Source: Halorussus marinus (GTDB lineage Archaea; Halobacteriota; Halobacteria; Halobacteriales; Haladaptataceae). From it: 64,000 nt of DNA. The stretch lies in the NCBI RefSeq assembly GCF_004765795.1, contig NZ_SBIV01000003.1:62001-126000 (forward strand), written 5' to 3'. Of this stretch, positions 54,207 through 64,000 are shown one piece after another. Under the pieces are notes generated by a model that was not told the DNA's origin, searched no databases, and worked only from the letters and a program-made list of their open reading frames with translations. How positions within the stretch are numbered: position 1 is the stretch's first letter; each line of letters opens with the position of its first letter. The position numbers and the translations under genes were made by a program.

Positions 54207-54956
54207 ATGCCACAACCAGGTAGCGAATCGATTTGGCTCTGGCTCGGAACCGCCGGTATGTTCCTCGGGATGGTGTACTTCATCGCGAGGGGCTGGAACG
54301 AACGCGACCAGCGACGACAGGAGTTTTACATCGTCACGATATTCATCACCGCCATCGCGTTCGTGAACTACCTCGCGATGGCGCTCGGGTTCGGGCTGAC
54401 GACCGTCGAACTGGCGGGCGAGACCCTCGACATCTACTGGGCGCGGTACACCGACTGGTTTTTCACCACGCCGCTGTTGCTCGTCGACCTCGGGCTGTTG
54501 GCCCGAGCGAACCGCAACCAGCTCGGCACGCTGGTCGGTCTCGACATGCTGATGATCGCGACCGGCGCGGTCGCGACGCTGGCCGCCGGAACCGGCGCGC
54601 TGGGCGAGGGCGCTCGACGCCTGATCTGGTGGGGCGTCAGCACCGGCTTCCTCGTGGTGTTGCTGTACTTCCTGTTCGGCACGCTGAGCTCGCAGGCCTC
54701 GGAGGTGTCGGCCGAGGCCCAGTCGACGTTCACTCGGCTCCGGAATCTCGTCGTCGTGGTGTGGGCGGTGTATCCCGTCTGGTGGCTGGTCGGCACGGAG
54801 GGACTCGGGGTGATCGGACTCGGCCTCGAAACGGCCGGCTTCATGGTTCTCGATCTGGTCGCCAAGGTCGGCTTCGGCTTCATCCTGCTGTCGAGCCGCA
54901 AGGCCATCGACGACGCCGCCGCGGCCGGCGGCGACCCCGAACCCGCGGCCGCGTGA
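54207..54956 (+). CDS. bop: Bacteriorhodopsin-type proton pump (cruxrhodopsin-like)
   Basis: 7 TMs; [17 protein letters not shown] (R82, D85, T89, D96 equivalents); GTEG and LET (E194, E204); DLVAKVGFG (D212, K216). Confidence 0.95.
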   Translation: MPQPGSESIWLWLGTAGMFLGMVYFIARGWNERDQRRQEFYIVTIFITAIAFVNYLAMALGFGLTTVELAGETLDIYWARYTDWFFTTPLLLVDLGLLARANRNQLGTLVGLDMLMIATGAVATLAAGTGALGEGARRLIWWGVSTGFLVVLLYFLFGTLSSQASEVSAEAQSTFTRLRNLVVVVWAVYPVWWLVGTEGLGVIGLGLETAGFMVLDLVAKVGFGFILLSSRKAIDDAAAAGGDPEPAAA

Positions 54957-55061
54957 GGCTCGCGGTCGCTCGTTCGCTTCGCTCGCCCGCGTGAGGCCGG
55001 GGACCGCGCCCGACCCACCCGGGTTCGGAGGACCGACGGACCGATTCGCGCGTTCGATTCC

Positions 55062-55817
55062 ATGAGCACGATCACCTACTTCCAGTTTCACGTCGCCTTG
55101 CTGGTCCCCGCGTTGCTCGTCCTGTCGGCGATCTCGTCGGTTCGACGGCGGGCCGGATCGAGCGACGTCCGTCCGTCGGGCGTGGTCGTCGTCTCGGTCG
55201 TCGCGCTGGCGTACACGATTCCGTGGGACAACTACCTCATCGAGGTCGGCGTCTGGCGGTACGGGACCGGCGCCGTCGCGGTTCGGATCTGGAACGCGCC
55301 GCTCGAAGAGTACCTCTTCATCCTGATCCAACCGATCCTCGTCGCCCTGTGGCTCCACCACCTGAAGCGGCCGCCGAAAGCCGGTTCGGAGTCGCTCTCG
55401 GTGACCCGCCGGGCGCGGATCGCGGGCGCCGCGGCGGGACTCGGGATCGGCGGCGTCGGCCTCGGGCTCCTCGCGCGCCCGGCGACGCTGTATCTCGGCG
55501 CCATTCTGGCGTGGGCCGGCCCGGTGCTCGCGCTCCAGTGGGGCTTTGGTTGGCCGTACCTCTGGCGGCGGCGACGGACGCTCGCGATCGGCGTCGGCGC
55601 CCCGACTGCGTACCTCTGGGCCGCCGACTGGCTCGCGCTCCGATACGGCATCTGGGAGCTCGCGCCCGCGTACACTACCGGCTGGAATCTGGCGGGACTG
55701 CCGGTCGAGGAGGCGACGTTCTTCGCCGTCACGAACCTCTTCGTGGTGCAGGGCTTGCTACTGTACGCGTGGGTGCTCGACGGTCGACGCCGACCGTCGG
55801 CGACTGAAAAAGGTTAA
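55062..55817 (+). CDS. crtY: Lycopene beta-cyclase (fused CrtYc/d type)
   Basis: Two repeats: [13 protein letters not shown]...PLEEYLF and YLWAAD..AL..GIW...LPVEEATFF. Confidence 0.9.
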   Translation: MSTITYFQFHVALLVPALLVLSAISSVRRRAGSSDVRPSGVVVVSVVALAYTIPWDNYLIEVGVWRYGTGAVAVRIWNAPLEEYLFILIQPILVALWLHHLKRPPKAGSESLSVTRRARIAGAAAGLGIGGVGLGLLARPATLYLGAILAWAGPVLALQWGFGWPYLWRRRRTLAIGVGAPTAYLWAADWLALRYGIWELAPAYTTGWNLAGLPVEEATFFAVTNLFVVQGLLLYAWVLDGRRRPSATEKG

Positions 55818-55845
55818 CCCCTTCGAACAACAAACGTCCCTCAAG

Positions 55846-56544
55846 ATGGCCAAGGACGTCAAACCCACTCGGAAGAACCTGATGCAGATCGAGGATCGCA
55901 TCGAGCTCTCCGAGCGGGGTCACGACACGCTCGAAAAGAAGCGTGACGGTCTCATCATGGAGTTCATGGACATCCTCGATCAGGCCCAGGACGTGCGCGC
56001 CGACCTCGAGGACGACTACGAACTCGCCCAGCAGAAGATCAACATGGCCCGGGCCATGGAAGGCGACGTGGCGGTTCGAGGCGCCGCGGCCGCGCTGAAA
56101 GAACACCCCGAGATCACCACCGAGTCGAAAAACATCATGGGCGTCGTCGTGCCCCAGATCGAGTCGAGCAAGGTCCGGAAGGGCCTCGACGAGCGCGGAT
56201 ACGGCGTCTTAGGAACGAGCGCCCGGATCGACGAGGCCGCCGAGGCCTACGAGGAGCTCTTAGAGAGCATCATCCTCGCCGCGGAGGTCGAGACCGCGAT
56301 GAAGAAGATGCTGACCGAGATCGAGACGACCAAGCGCCGCGTGAACGCCCTGGAGTTCAAGCTCTTGCCCGATCTCAACGACAACAAAGAGTACATCGAG
56401 CAGAAGCTCGAAGAGCAAGAGCGCGAGGAGATCTTCCGGCTCAAGAAGATCAAGGGCAAGAAAGAAGAAGAGGAGAAAGAAGAGCGCGCCGCCGCCGCGG
56501 CCGAAGCCGCCGAGGACGAGGAAGTCGTCACCGCCGACGACTAA
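55846..56544 (+). CDS. atpD: A-type ATP synthase subunit D
   Basis: [37 protein letters not shown]. Confidence 0.97.
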   Translation: MAKDVKPTRKNLMQIEDRIELSERGHDTLEKKRDGLIMEFMDILDQAQDVRADLEDDYELAQQKINMARAMEGDVAVRGAAAALKEHPEITTESKNIMGVVVPQIESSKVRKGLDERGYGVLGTSARIDEAAEAYEELLESIILAAEVETAMKKMLTEIETTKRRVNALEFKLLPDLNDNKEYIEQKLEEQEREEIFRLKKIKGKKEEEEKEERAAAAAEAAEDEEVVTADD

Positions 56545-56651
56545 CGACCGTTTGCGAGGGCGGCGCGCTCGTGGGCCGCCCTCGCAAACGCTCGATCAAA
56601 AACCGTCGTCACTCCCTTCGGGGGTTCCTCGGTCCGCTCGCTTCGCTCGCT
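56545..56651 (+). repeat. REP/MITE-like hairpin element, copy D
   Basis: CGACCGTTTGCGAGGGCGGC...GCCGCCCTCGCAAACGCTCGATCAAAAA, then GGTTCCTCGGTCCGCTCGCTTCGCTCGC; starts right after the atpD TAA. Confidence 0.8.
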
Positions 56652-56712
56652 GATCTGCGGTATTGTGCCCGCTTTCGACCACGCCTTTCACTTCGCCCGC
56701 CGACGCTCCGAT

Positions 56713-57108
56713 ATGACCTGTCCGAACTGCGGTATCGAGCGCCTCGCGTTCGCGGTCCCGACCGACCTCCGGGAGCATCTGCCCGACGACGCCGAGCGCA
56801 TGGCGATCTGTCCGCGGTGTCTCGACCTCGCCCCGGTCGAGGACGCCCCGGCAGACCTGCCGGACTTCGCGGGAATCAGCGACGCCGTCCCCGACGGCGA
56901 GGCGGGCGCGACGATGGCGCTCGCGATCGGGCTACTCGATTCGCTGGCGCTCTACCGGAGCGAGATCGGAGCCCTCCTAGAGCGGGTCGAGCGCGCGGGC
57001 ACCGACCCCCTGCTCGTGGTCGACCGGCTCGCGGCCGACCCCGACGTCGAGCCCCGGTTCGACCTCGATCGGCGCCGGACCCAGATCGAACAACTGCTGT
57101 ACGGCTGA
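56713..57108 (+). CDS. Small CPxCG-type zinc finger protein
   Basis: MTCPNCG...ICPRC; acidic composition; DLDRRRTQIEQLL C-terminus. Confidence 0.75.
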   Translation: MTCPNCGIERLAFAVPTDLREHLPDDAERMAICPRCLDLAPVEDAPADLPDFAGISDAVPDGEAGATMALAIGLLDSLALYRSEIGALLERVERAGTDPLLVVDRLAADPDVEPRFDLDRRRTQIEQLLYG

Positions 57109-57165
57109 GCCCCTCGCCACGCGAACGGGTGGGGGGACGGCCGTGGCGGTCGTGCGTCCCCGAGA

Positions 57166-57419
57166 GTGGCCGGCTCACGGTTCGACCCCGAGACGCTGGT
57201 CGGCTTCTCGGTCACATCCATCCCGACGGTCATCATCGCCGTCTTGCTCTTCGGAGCGGTTCGGCGGTCCCGTTCGCGGTCGCGATCAGCCTCGCGCTCC
57301 ACGTCGTCCCGTTCGTCGCGCTCGGGATACTCACCTACTCGGGGCTCACTGTATCCGACCCCAGCGTTCGCCCGACCTCGGTCCCGTCAGGTAGTTTCAC
57401 TTTCACTCCGGATGGCTGA
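57166..57419 (+). pseudogene. Frameshifted small two-TM membrane protein
   Basis: FDPETLVGFSVTSIPTVIIAVLLFG in one frame continues as SAVPFAVAISLALHVVPFVALGILTYSG in another; shift near 57258. Confidence 0.55.
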
Positions 57420-57450
57420 CGTTCATATCAGTTCCAGATAAGTTAGACGT

Positions 57451-57630
57451 ATGACTCCAGAGCTGATCCGCGGCGACCGCGCGACCGACCGATCGGACCG
57501 GACGATGCTCGACGTCTCGGACGTCGAGACCGCGCGCGTCGAGGAGTACGTCACCGAGTGGTTCCCCGACGTCGGCGACGTCTACCTCGAACGCAAGGGC
57601 GGCACGACGCTACTGATCGCCGGCGAGTAG
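57451..57630 (+). CDS. 59-aa hypothetical protein missing from the ORF track
   Basis: MTPELIRGDRATDRSDRTMLDVSDVETARVEEYVTEWFPDVGDVYLERKGGTTLLIAGE; haloarchaeal codon usage; AT-rich upstream region. Confidence 0.65.
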   Translation: MTPELIRGDRATDRSDRTMLDVSDVETARVEEYVTEWFPDVGDVYLERKGGTTLLIAGE

Positions 57631-57721
57631 GCCCGCGGTCCGATCGCGGCGCGGTCGCGGCCGCGGTGCAGTCGCGGTGCGGTCGCGGCGCGGTAGCAGT
57701 ACGCCATCGAGCAGTTGTCCC

Positions 57722-57806
57722 GCGAGCGACCGGAGGGAGCGAGCGGCCTTTTCATCAACGTTTTGCAAGGGCGCGCCTCTCGGGGCGCGCCCGCAGCAAA
57801 AGGTTG
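57722..57806 (-). repeat. REP/MITE-like hairpin element, copy E (inverted)
   Basis: Minus strand reads CAACCTTTTGCTGCGGGCGCGCC...GGCGCGCCCTTGCAAAACGTTGATGAAAAGGCCGCTCGCTCCCTCCGGTCGCTCGC, close to copy A. Confidence 0.75.
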
Positions 57807-57845
57807 TACGTAAACGTTTAGGCCACCGGGCGACTACCCACGACC

Positions 57846-58316
57846 ATGCCGGACTGTCCACTCGCCGACGACTGCCCGAGCTTTCAGGAGCGGATCGAGG
57901 GTATGGGGTGTCAACACTACGGCGACCGGGGCGGTGCCGAGTGGTGCCAACACTACAGCCAGCCAATCTCCGAACTCAAGACCGCGCCGGTCCAGCCGGG
58001 CGAGGAGGTGGTCGTCGACGTCGAGGACATCCACGAGAGCGGCGCCGGCGTCGGCCGGACCGAGGACGGCTTCATCGTGATGGTCGACGGCATTCTGCCC
58101 GACGCCCGCGCGAAGGTCGAGATCACGAACGTCCACGGCAGTCACGCGAAGGCCGACCCCGTCGAGCGCCTGCCGATGGACGAGGAGGCCGACGCCGACG
58201 AGGCCGACGCCGACGAGGTCGACGACGTGGCCGACGACGCCGAGACCGAGACCGACGACGAAGACGGCCCGTCCCGTCCCCAGCTCGGGAGCCGCGACAA
58301 CTTCTGGGGCAGCTGA
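57846..58316 (+). CDS. TRAM-domain protein with Cys-rich N-terminus
   Basis: APVQPGEEVVVDVEDIHESGAGVGRTEDGFIVMV TRAM fold; four N-terminal cysteines; acidic tail. Confidence 0.85.
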   Translation: MPDCPLADDCPSFQERIEGMGCQHYGDRGGAEWCQHYSQPISELKTAPVQPGEEVVVDVEDIHESGAGVGRTEDGFIVMVDGILPDARAKVEITNVHGSHAKADPVERLPMDEEADADEADADEVDDVADDAETETDDEDGPSRPQLGSRDNFWGS

Positions 58317-58436
58317 TCCCGCTCTCGCGGGGCGCCTCGGGGTGGACAGTCCCAACGACGGCTCGCGCCGCGGGTTTTTTCGCACGGAGTGCATACACGC
58401 TACTATGAGCCGACGACGCCTCTCGGAGGGTCGCCC

Positions 58437-58919
58437 GTGAACGACGTTCCGGATCCCGAAGAGTTGCTCGACCGGGCCGGCTTCGACGCCGAGACGAACG
58501 TGCTGACTCAGCGTCAGGCCGTCGTGCTGGCGTTGCGCGAACACGACGTCGCGCAGGCGACCATCGCCGACCGGCTCGGCACCTCGCGCGCGAACGTCTC
58601 GAGCATCGAAGCCAGCGCCCGCGAGAACGTCCGGAAAGCGGGCGAGACCGTCGCGTTCGCCGAAGCCCTGCGCGCGCCGGTCCGAGTCGTCGTCGAGGCC
58701 GGCACCGACCTCTACGACGTGCCTTCGCGGGTGTACGACGCCTGCGACGAGGCCGGGGTGAAGGTCGACCACGCCGCCCCCGAACTCATGAAACGCGTGA
58801 GCGACGAGGCCGGCGACGCGGTCGAGAACCGCCAGATTCTGGAGGATCTCCTGATCGGCGTGACGACCGACGGCACGGTGACCGTCCGGGAGTCGCGGGA
58901 AGCCGATCGCCCGGAGTGA
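58437..58919 (+). CDS. Tfx-family DNA-binding protein
   Basis: VLTQRQAVVLALRE...IADRLGTSRANVSSIE..ARENVRKA. Confidence 0.85.
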   Translation: MNDVPDPEELLDRAGFDAETNVLTQRQAVVLALREHDVAQATIADRLGTSRANVSSIEASARENVRKAGETVAFAEALRAPVRVVVEAGTDLYDVPSRVYDACDEAGVKVDHAAPELMKRVSDEAGDAVENRQILEDLLIGVTTDGTVTVRESREADRPE

Positions 58920-58995
58920 CCCGGGCCGGCCGGCGCGCGGTCGACCGACCGGGACGCCCCCGGGAGCTTTGGGGGTGGGTTCCGAACTGACTCGC

Positions 58996-59781
58996 ATGGA
59001 GTTCGGATTAGCGGGCGATTCGGCACTGGTAACGGCGAGTTCGAGCGGTCTCGGTCGGGCGTCGGCGACGGCGCTGGCCGCCGAAGGCGCGGACGTCGCG
59101 ATCTGTGCGCGCGGCGAGGAGCAACTCGCCGACGCGAAAGCGGAGCTCGAGGCGGCCGGCGACGGCGACGTGGTGGCGGTCCGGACCGACATCACCGATC
59201 CCGACGAGGTCGAGGCGCTGGTCGAGGCGACCGTCGAGGAGTTCGGCGGGCTCGACCACGTCGTCACCTCCGCGGGGGGCCCGCCGTCGGGACGGTTCCT
59301 CGACACCACCGAGCGCGACTGGTACGAGGCGTTCGACCTGCTGGTGATGAGCGTGGTCCGACTCACGAAGGCCGCCCATCCGCACCTCGTCGAGTCGGAC
59401 GCGGGCACGATCGTCAACGTCACCTCGACCAGCGTCCGGGAGGCCATCGACGGCCTCGTGCTCTCGAACGCGGTCCGGCGCGCGGTCATCGGCCTGATGA
59501 AGACCCAAGCCCGCGAGTGGGCGCCCGAGGTGCGCGCCAACGCAGTGCTCCCGGGCGCTCACGAGACCCCCCGAATCGCCGAACTCGTCGAGGCGGGGGT
59601 CGAGCGCGGCGAGTACGACAGCTACGAGGAGGGGCTCGCCGACTGGGCGGCCGACATCCCGCTGGATCGGGTGGGCGACCCCGACGAACTCGGCGATGCG
59701 GTCGCGTTCCTCTGTAGCGAGCGGGCGAGCTTCGTCAACGGCGCGTCGCTCCCGGTCGACGGCGGGACCCTCCGTAGCTGA
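58996..59781 (+). CDS. SDR-family oxidoreductase
   Basis: ALVTASSSGLG, AICARG, NAVLPG, LCSERASFVNG..VDGG. Confidence 0.9.
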   Translation: MEFGLAGDSALVTASSSGLGRASATALAAEGADVAICARGEEQLADAKAELEAAGDGDVVAVRTDITDPDEVEALVEATVEEFGGLDHVVTSAGGPPSGRFLDTTERDWYEAFDLLVMSVVRLTKAAHPHLVESDAGTIVNVTSTSVREAIDGLVLSNAVRRAVIGLMKTQAREWAPEVRANAVLPGAHETPRIAELVEAGVERGEYDSYEEGLADWAADIPLDRVGDPDELGDAVAFLCSERASFVNGASLPVDGGTLRS

Positions 59782-59965
59782 CCCGGGCGGAGACGAGTGC
59801 GGACGCGTCGACGACGGTCCGCTACTCCGAGCGCTCTTGGCGTCAGAATCGCGATATCCTCCGTCTGGATGATGAACCAACCCCCGAGAGTTAACGCCCG
59901 CCGAAGCCGCGGATCAATCCCGGACGCCGCGAGCCAAAGGGTGCCGTATCGGCGGCTCGTCCTGT

Positions 59966-62431
59966 TTATCGGTCCTCGGCCTCGGCCGACTCGACTCCGT
60001 TTCCGTCAGTGGCCAGCGGGCGATCGTCGCCGGTCTCAGTGGCCGACTCGACGGCCGATTCGTCTGATGGGACGGTGGGATCACCGGTCGCCACTGTGAA
60101 CTCCCCGAGGAGCGTGTCGAGTTCACGCGATTTCTCAGAGAGCGTCTCGACTTCGCCGGTGACCTGACTCAGCGAGGCGGTCTGCTCCTCTGCGGCCGCG
60201 GACACGTTCTGTGCCTCGGCGGAGGTTTGTTCGCTGATACTGGCGACTTCACTCGTCATCGAGACGACTTCCTCGGTCGTGGTCGCCTGATCTTCGGTGG
60301 CCTCGTGGATCTCTTGGATGCCATCGTTGGCCTTCTCGACGTCTTCGACGACTTCTTCGAGCGTCCCGAGGCCCTCGTCGATAGTTTCCATCCCCGCGTC
60401 CACCCGGTCGCGCATCTCTTGCATGTCCTCGACCGTATCGGAAGTCGACTCTTGTACTCGGTCTATCAGGTCACCGATCTCCTGGGTGGCGTCGCGGGTG
60501 TCCTCGGCGAGGTCTTTCACCTCGCTGGCGACGACCGCGAACCCCTCACCGGCTTCGCCCGCCCGTGCGGCCTCGATCGAGGCGTTGAGTGCCAGCACGT
60601 TGGTCTGCTCGGCGATGTCGTCGATCATGTCCACGATCTCACCGATCTGGTTCATCTCGTCGCTCAACTGCTCGACGGTCTCGACGGTCTCGACCGTGGT
60701 CTCCTCGATGCGGTCCATTTCGTCCATGGCCTCGTCGGAGAGTTCCCGACCGGTCGCTCCCTTCTCTGCGGCCTGTTCGGAGAGGGAAGCGACCTGATTC
60801 GCTGAGGCCGCGACCTCCTCGATGGTCGCCGAGAGGGTACTCATCTCGTTGGTAACCTCGTCGACGTGTTCTGACTGCTCGACCGCTCCCGCAGAGATGT
60901 CCGCGGTGGATTCGGCGACCTCCTGACTCGCGTTTTCGACCTCCTCGCTCGCGGTGCTCGCCTCCTCGCTGGCGTCGGCGACCTCGTCGGAGAACTCCTG
61001 GATGCGACCGATGGTCCGCTCGAGATCGTCCATCATGGCGTTGAACGAGTCGGCGATGTCGCTCATGGCCTCGCTCTGGCTTTCTGCGTCCATCCGCCGA
61101 GTGAGGTCGCCCGCCGCCGCCTCCTCCATGACGTCGCGGAACTCCACGGCTTTCCGTTCGAGCGCGTCGTTGACCGCCTCGGCCTCCGCTTGGGCCTCCT
61201 GTGCCTCGGTGCGGGCTCGCTCGATGTCGGTGATGAGCGTTTCGAGGTCGCGGCTCATCTCCTCGAGCGACTCCCCGAACTCGCCGGGCACGTCCTCGTC
61301 TAACACCGGCGCGTCGAAGTTCTGGGCGGCGAGCGCGTTCGTCTGCTCGGCGGCGGTGTTCAGGAACGCTTTCATCGACGCGAACGCGTCGATCACCTCG
61401 CCGACCTCGTCGATGCGGTCGGTTTCGTCGATCTCCACGTCGAGGTCGCCGTCGGCGATCGCGCTGGCCTTCCCCGAGAGGTCGTCGAGCGAGACGGCGG
61501 TTCGACGACCGATCGTGAGTCCAACGACGACGAACCCGAGGGTGAAAACGCCTACGAGAGCCACGATGGCCTGCTCTATCTGGGATTTGAGGGCGTAGGC
61601 GCTCGACTGGGGGACGTGCATCAGGACGACCCAGTCGGTCCCCTCGACGGGGGCGAACGCCATGACGTGGTCCGAGTCGATGACGCCCTCCATCGGGCCC
61701 ATGTCCATTACTCCGGACTCCCCGCCGAGCCCCTTTTTCATCGCCATCGAGTCTTTGCCCATGTACGTATCGAGGATCCGGCCTTCCCGCTGTGCGAACA
61801 CGACGGTCCCCTCCGAGTCGACGACCTGCGTGAAGCTCCCCTCGTACGGTCGCTTGAACAGGTCCGCGACGTGCCCGGGGTCGACGGTGATCAGGACCGC
61901 CCTGTCGGGCGCGTTCGGAACCGGACTGACGAACGCGATGGTCGACTCGTTGTGGCTCCGATACGGACCGGACACGAACACGCCGTCGGCGCTCTGTAGG
62001 GCCGAGACGTTCGCCAGCCACGGAACGCCCCGCTCGGCGAGGTCGGCGCCCACCAGTTCGTCTTCGGTCCCGCTGATGACCCGTCCGGAACTCGTGTTGA
62101 GGTAGCTTATGCCGTGTACCTCGTCCGGTAGCGCTTCGAGTTCGGTCTCGAACGTCGACCGAATTCGGTCGGCGTCACCCGAACGGACCGCGACTCCCTC
62201 CGAGAGCAACCGCGTCGTTCGCTTTCGCTCGCTCTGCCACTCCTGTAGTTGATCGGCCGACAACTCGGTTATGGTCTTCGCCTCGTTGTGCTTCTCGTCG
62301 GTGAGCTGGGCCGACACCTCGCCCTGAATCCAGAATCCCACGCCCGCGACGACCGCGAGCGTGAGGAGCACCACCGCGGCGAACTTTCTGAGATAGCTCT
62401 TCCGTACGAAACTGAGCGTCTGTTCATCCAT
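59966..62431 (-). CDS. Methyl-accepting chemotaxis transducer (Htr) with extracellular Cache-like domain
   Basis: Two TMs around a sensor domain, HAMP segments, signalling motif [30 protein letters not shown]. Confidence 0.93.
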   Translation of the reverse strand: MDEQTLSFVRKSYLRKFAAVVLLTLAVVAGVGFWIQGEVSAQLTDEKHNEAKTITELSADQLQEWQSERKRTTRLLSEGVAVRSGDADRIRSTFETELEALPDEVHGISYLNTSSGRVISGTEDELVGADLAERGVPWLANVSALQSADGVFVSGPYRSHNESTIAFVSPVPNAPDRAVLITVDPGHVADLFKRPYEGSFTQVVDSEGTVVFAQREGRILDTYMGKDSMAMKKGLGGESGVMDMGPMEGVIDSDHVMAFAPVEGTDWVVLMHVPQSSAYALKSQIEQAIVALVGVFTLGFVVVGLTIGRRTAVSLDDLSGKASAIADGDLDVEIDETDRIDEVGEVIDAFASMKAFLNTAAEQTNALAAQNFDAPVLDEDVPGEFGESLEEMSRDLETLITDIERARTEAQEAQAEAEAVNDALERKAVEFRDVMEEAAAGDLTRRMDAESQSEAMSDIADSFNAMMDDLERTIGRIQEFSDEVADASEEASTASEEVENASQEVAESTADISAGAVEQSEHVDEVTNEMSTLSATIEEVAASANQVASLSEQAAEKGATGRELSDEAMDEMDRIEETTVETVETVEQLSDEMNQIGEIVDMIDDIAEQTNVLALNASIEAARAGEAGEGFAVVASEVKDLAEDTRDATQEIGDLIDRVQESTSDTVEDMQEMRDRVDAGMETIDEGLGTLEEVVEDVEKANDGIQEIHEATEDQATTTEEVVSMTSEVASISEQTSAEAQNVSAAAEEQTASLSQVTGEVETLSEKSRELDTLLGEFTVATGDPTVPSDESAVESATETGDDRPLATDGNGVESAEAEDR

Positions 62432-62622
62432 CCCCGTGAAAATTACTGATTACTGGTATGTCATAGAACCTTCGTCGCAGTTATCAATACTGATAGCAGA
62501 TCAGCCATGTTGAACGAAAATCGTAGACTCTCGATCGAGTCGGGACGGACCGAACGCGACAGGGACCGACGTCTCGCCCGAGCCTCGACACCACGGCACC
62601 GAACCCGGTTCGATCGCCCGTC

Positions 62623-63684
62623 TCAGAACCGCCCCTGTTCGCGAAGCGCGGCGACGACCTCGCGGACGCGCTGGGCGTCGTCTTTCGGGACGACCACCAC
62701 TCGGTCGCCGGCGGCCGCGACCACCAGTCCCTCGACGCCGACCGCGCTGACGTGCGCGCCGTCGAGGCCCGCGACCACCGTCTCCTCGGCGTCGATCGTG
62801 AGCGCGTCCCCGAGGACCGCGTTGCCGTCGGCGTCGGTCTCGACGACGCGCTCGATCGCGTCCCACGACCCCACGTCGTCCCACTCGAAGTCGGCGGCCA
62901 CGACGTAGGCGTCGTCGGTCCGCTCCATCACCGCGTAATCGACGCTGACGGGCTCGACCGCCCGGAACCCTCGCTCGGGATCGCCGTCGTCGAGGGCCTC
63001 GACCAGCGGCGCGAGCGGCGAGTCGCGGGCCGCCCGGAGCAAGGCCTCGGGCGTCCACGCGAACAGCCCGGCGTTCCAGTAACAGCCCGCGGCCACGAGT
63101 CGCTCTGCGGTCTCGGCGTCGGGCTTCTCGCGGAACCGAGCGATCTCGGCGTACTCGCCCCTCGACTCGCCCGGCTCGATGTAGCCGTAGCCGGTCGCTG
63201 GCCGCGTCGGTTCGACGCCGAACGCGACCAACCCCTCCGTTTCGACTGCGGCGCGGGCCGCGGTCCGGGCCGCGCCGGCGAAGCCGTCGCCGACGACGTG
63301 GTCGCTCGGGACACAGAGCACCACGCAGTCGCCGTCCCGATCGGCGGTCGTCTCGCCCTGCTCGCCCGTCTCCGGGGCGGGCCCGTTGCGTTGCTCTCGG
63401 ACCCGGTGGGCGGCGTACGCCAGCGCGGGGCCGGTGTCTTTGGCGTCGGGCTCGACGATGACCCCCGCCCCGGGAACCGCCTCGCGGACGCGGTCTGCGT
63501 GCTCGGCGGTCGTCGAGACGTACACCTCGTCGGCGAAGCCGACGCGCTCGACGGTCCGAGCGAGCAGCGACTCCGACCCGCCGAGCGCGAGGAACTGCTT
63601 CGGCCGATCCGCCCTGCTCGCCGGATAGAGCCGGGTCCCGGTGCCGCCGGCCATCACCACCGCGACGATCGGGCGGGCTACCAC
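62623..63684 (-). CDS. Mannose-1-phosphate guanylyltransferase
   Basis: MAGGTGTRLYPASR..RPKQF, PSDH, GYGYIE, FREKPD, WNAGLF, SVDYAVME, WDDVGSW. Confidence 0.92.
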   Translation of the reverse strand: MVARPIVAVVMAGGTGTRLYPASRADRPKQFLALGGSESLLARTVERVGFADEVYVSTTAEHADRVREAVPGAGVIVEPDAKDTGPALAYAAHRVREQRNGPAPETGEQGETTADRDGDCVVLCVPSDHVVGDGFAGAARTAARAAVETEGLVAFGVEPTRPATGYGYIEPGESRGEYAEIARFREKPDAETAERLVAAGCYWNAGLFAWTPEALLRAARDSPLAPLVEALDDGDPERGFRAVEPVSVDYAVMERTDDAYVVAADFEWDDVGSWDAIERVVETDADGNAVLGDALTIDAEETVVAGLDGAHVSAVGVEGLVVAAAGDRVVVVPKDDAQRVREVVAALREQGRF

Positions 63685-63956
63685 GTCTCGACCCGTCCGT
63701 CGCGAACGTCCTCGACACACCCCTCGCAGTCGGGGTGGTCGGCGTCGAAGCAGGCGGGGCGGGCCGCCGCGTCGAGCGAGACGGCCCGACGCTCGGCGTA
63801 CCGCCGACAGACGATCTTCGCGCGGCCCTCCTCGTCTTGGGGGAGGTCCGCGAGCGCGGCCTGCCGGCCGTCGCGGTAGGCCCGTTTCGCGTCGGCGACC
63901 TGTCGCCCCGCGGACCTGAGCTTGGCGCGGAGGAAGCTTTCGAGGCGGTCGTCCAT
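63678..63956 (-). CDS. Hypothetical Cys-containing protein
   Basis: IVCRRYAERR...PACFDADHPDCEGC; overlaps the downstream start. Confidence 0.75.
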   Translation of the reverse strand: MDDRLESFLRAKLRSAGRQVADAKRAYRDGRQAALADLPQDEEGRAKIVCRRYAERRAVSLDAAARPACFDADHPDCEGCVEDVRDGRVETW

Positions 63957-64000
63957 GTCGGTTCATGTAGGGCGTGGGCGTAGAAAGGTTTGTTCGTCGA

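Noticed and set aside
54207..54956. Halorhodopsin, sensory rhodopsin or retinal-free opsin
   Set aside because: D85, T89, D96, E194, E204, D212 and K216 equivalents are all present and no transducer is adjacent.
58188..58262. GACGAGGCCGACGCC repeats in the TRAM gene
   Set aside because: Low-complexity acidic linker coding, common in halophiles.

Overview
A 64 kb stretch of very GC-rich chromosomal DNA encoding strongly acidic proteins, typical of a halophilic archaeon (class Halobacteria). The cruxrhodopsin-like opsin hints at Haloarculaceae, which is an inference. Most of the window is core genome: citZ, prf1, minD, argS, taw1, ribK-ribB, ilvE, proline dehydrogenase, carS, pyrE, tiaS, a polyprenyl synthase, etfAB and the A1Ao ATP synthase operon atpHIKECFAB...D. 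No rRNA, tRNA, CRISPR array or transposase was recognised. Four things stand out. (1) A phototrophy cassette (Bat-like LOV regulator, proton-pumping bacteriorhodopsin, lycopene cyclase) sits between atpB and atpD, with a perfect 18-bp ACTAGT-centred palindrome just upstream of the opsin and no brp/blh. (2) A dispersed family of non-coding REP/MITE-like hairpin elements has at least 5 copies, one of them flanked by a 77-bp duplication of a gene 3' end. (3) A decayed ~317-bp duplicate of the argS 5' end brackets an NhaC-family gene, like an integration scar. (4) A Tat-signal beta-propeller/transmembrane/pseudokinase protein looks receptor-like. All calls come from reading motifs by eye; no searches were run. 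Start codons were adjusted manually from the ORF track.
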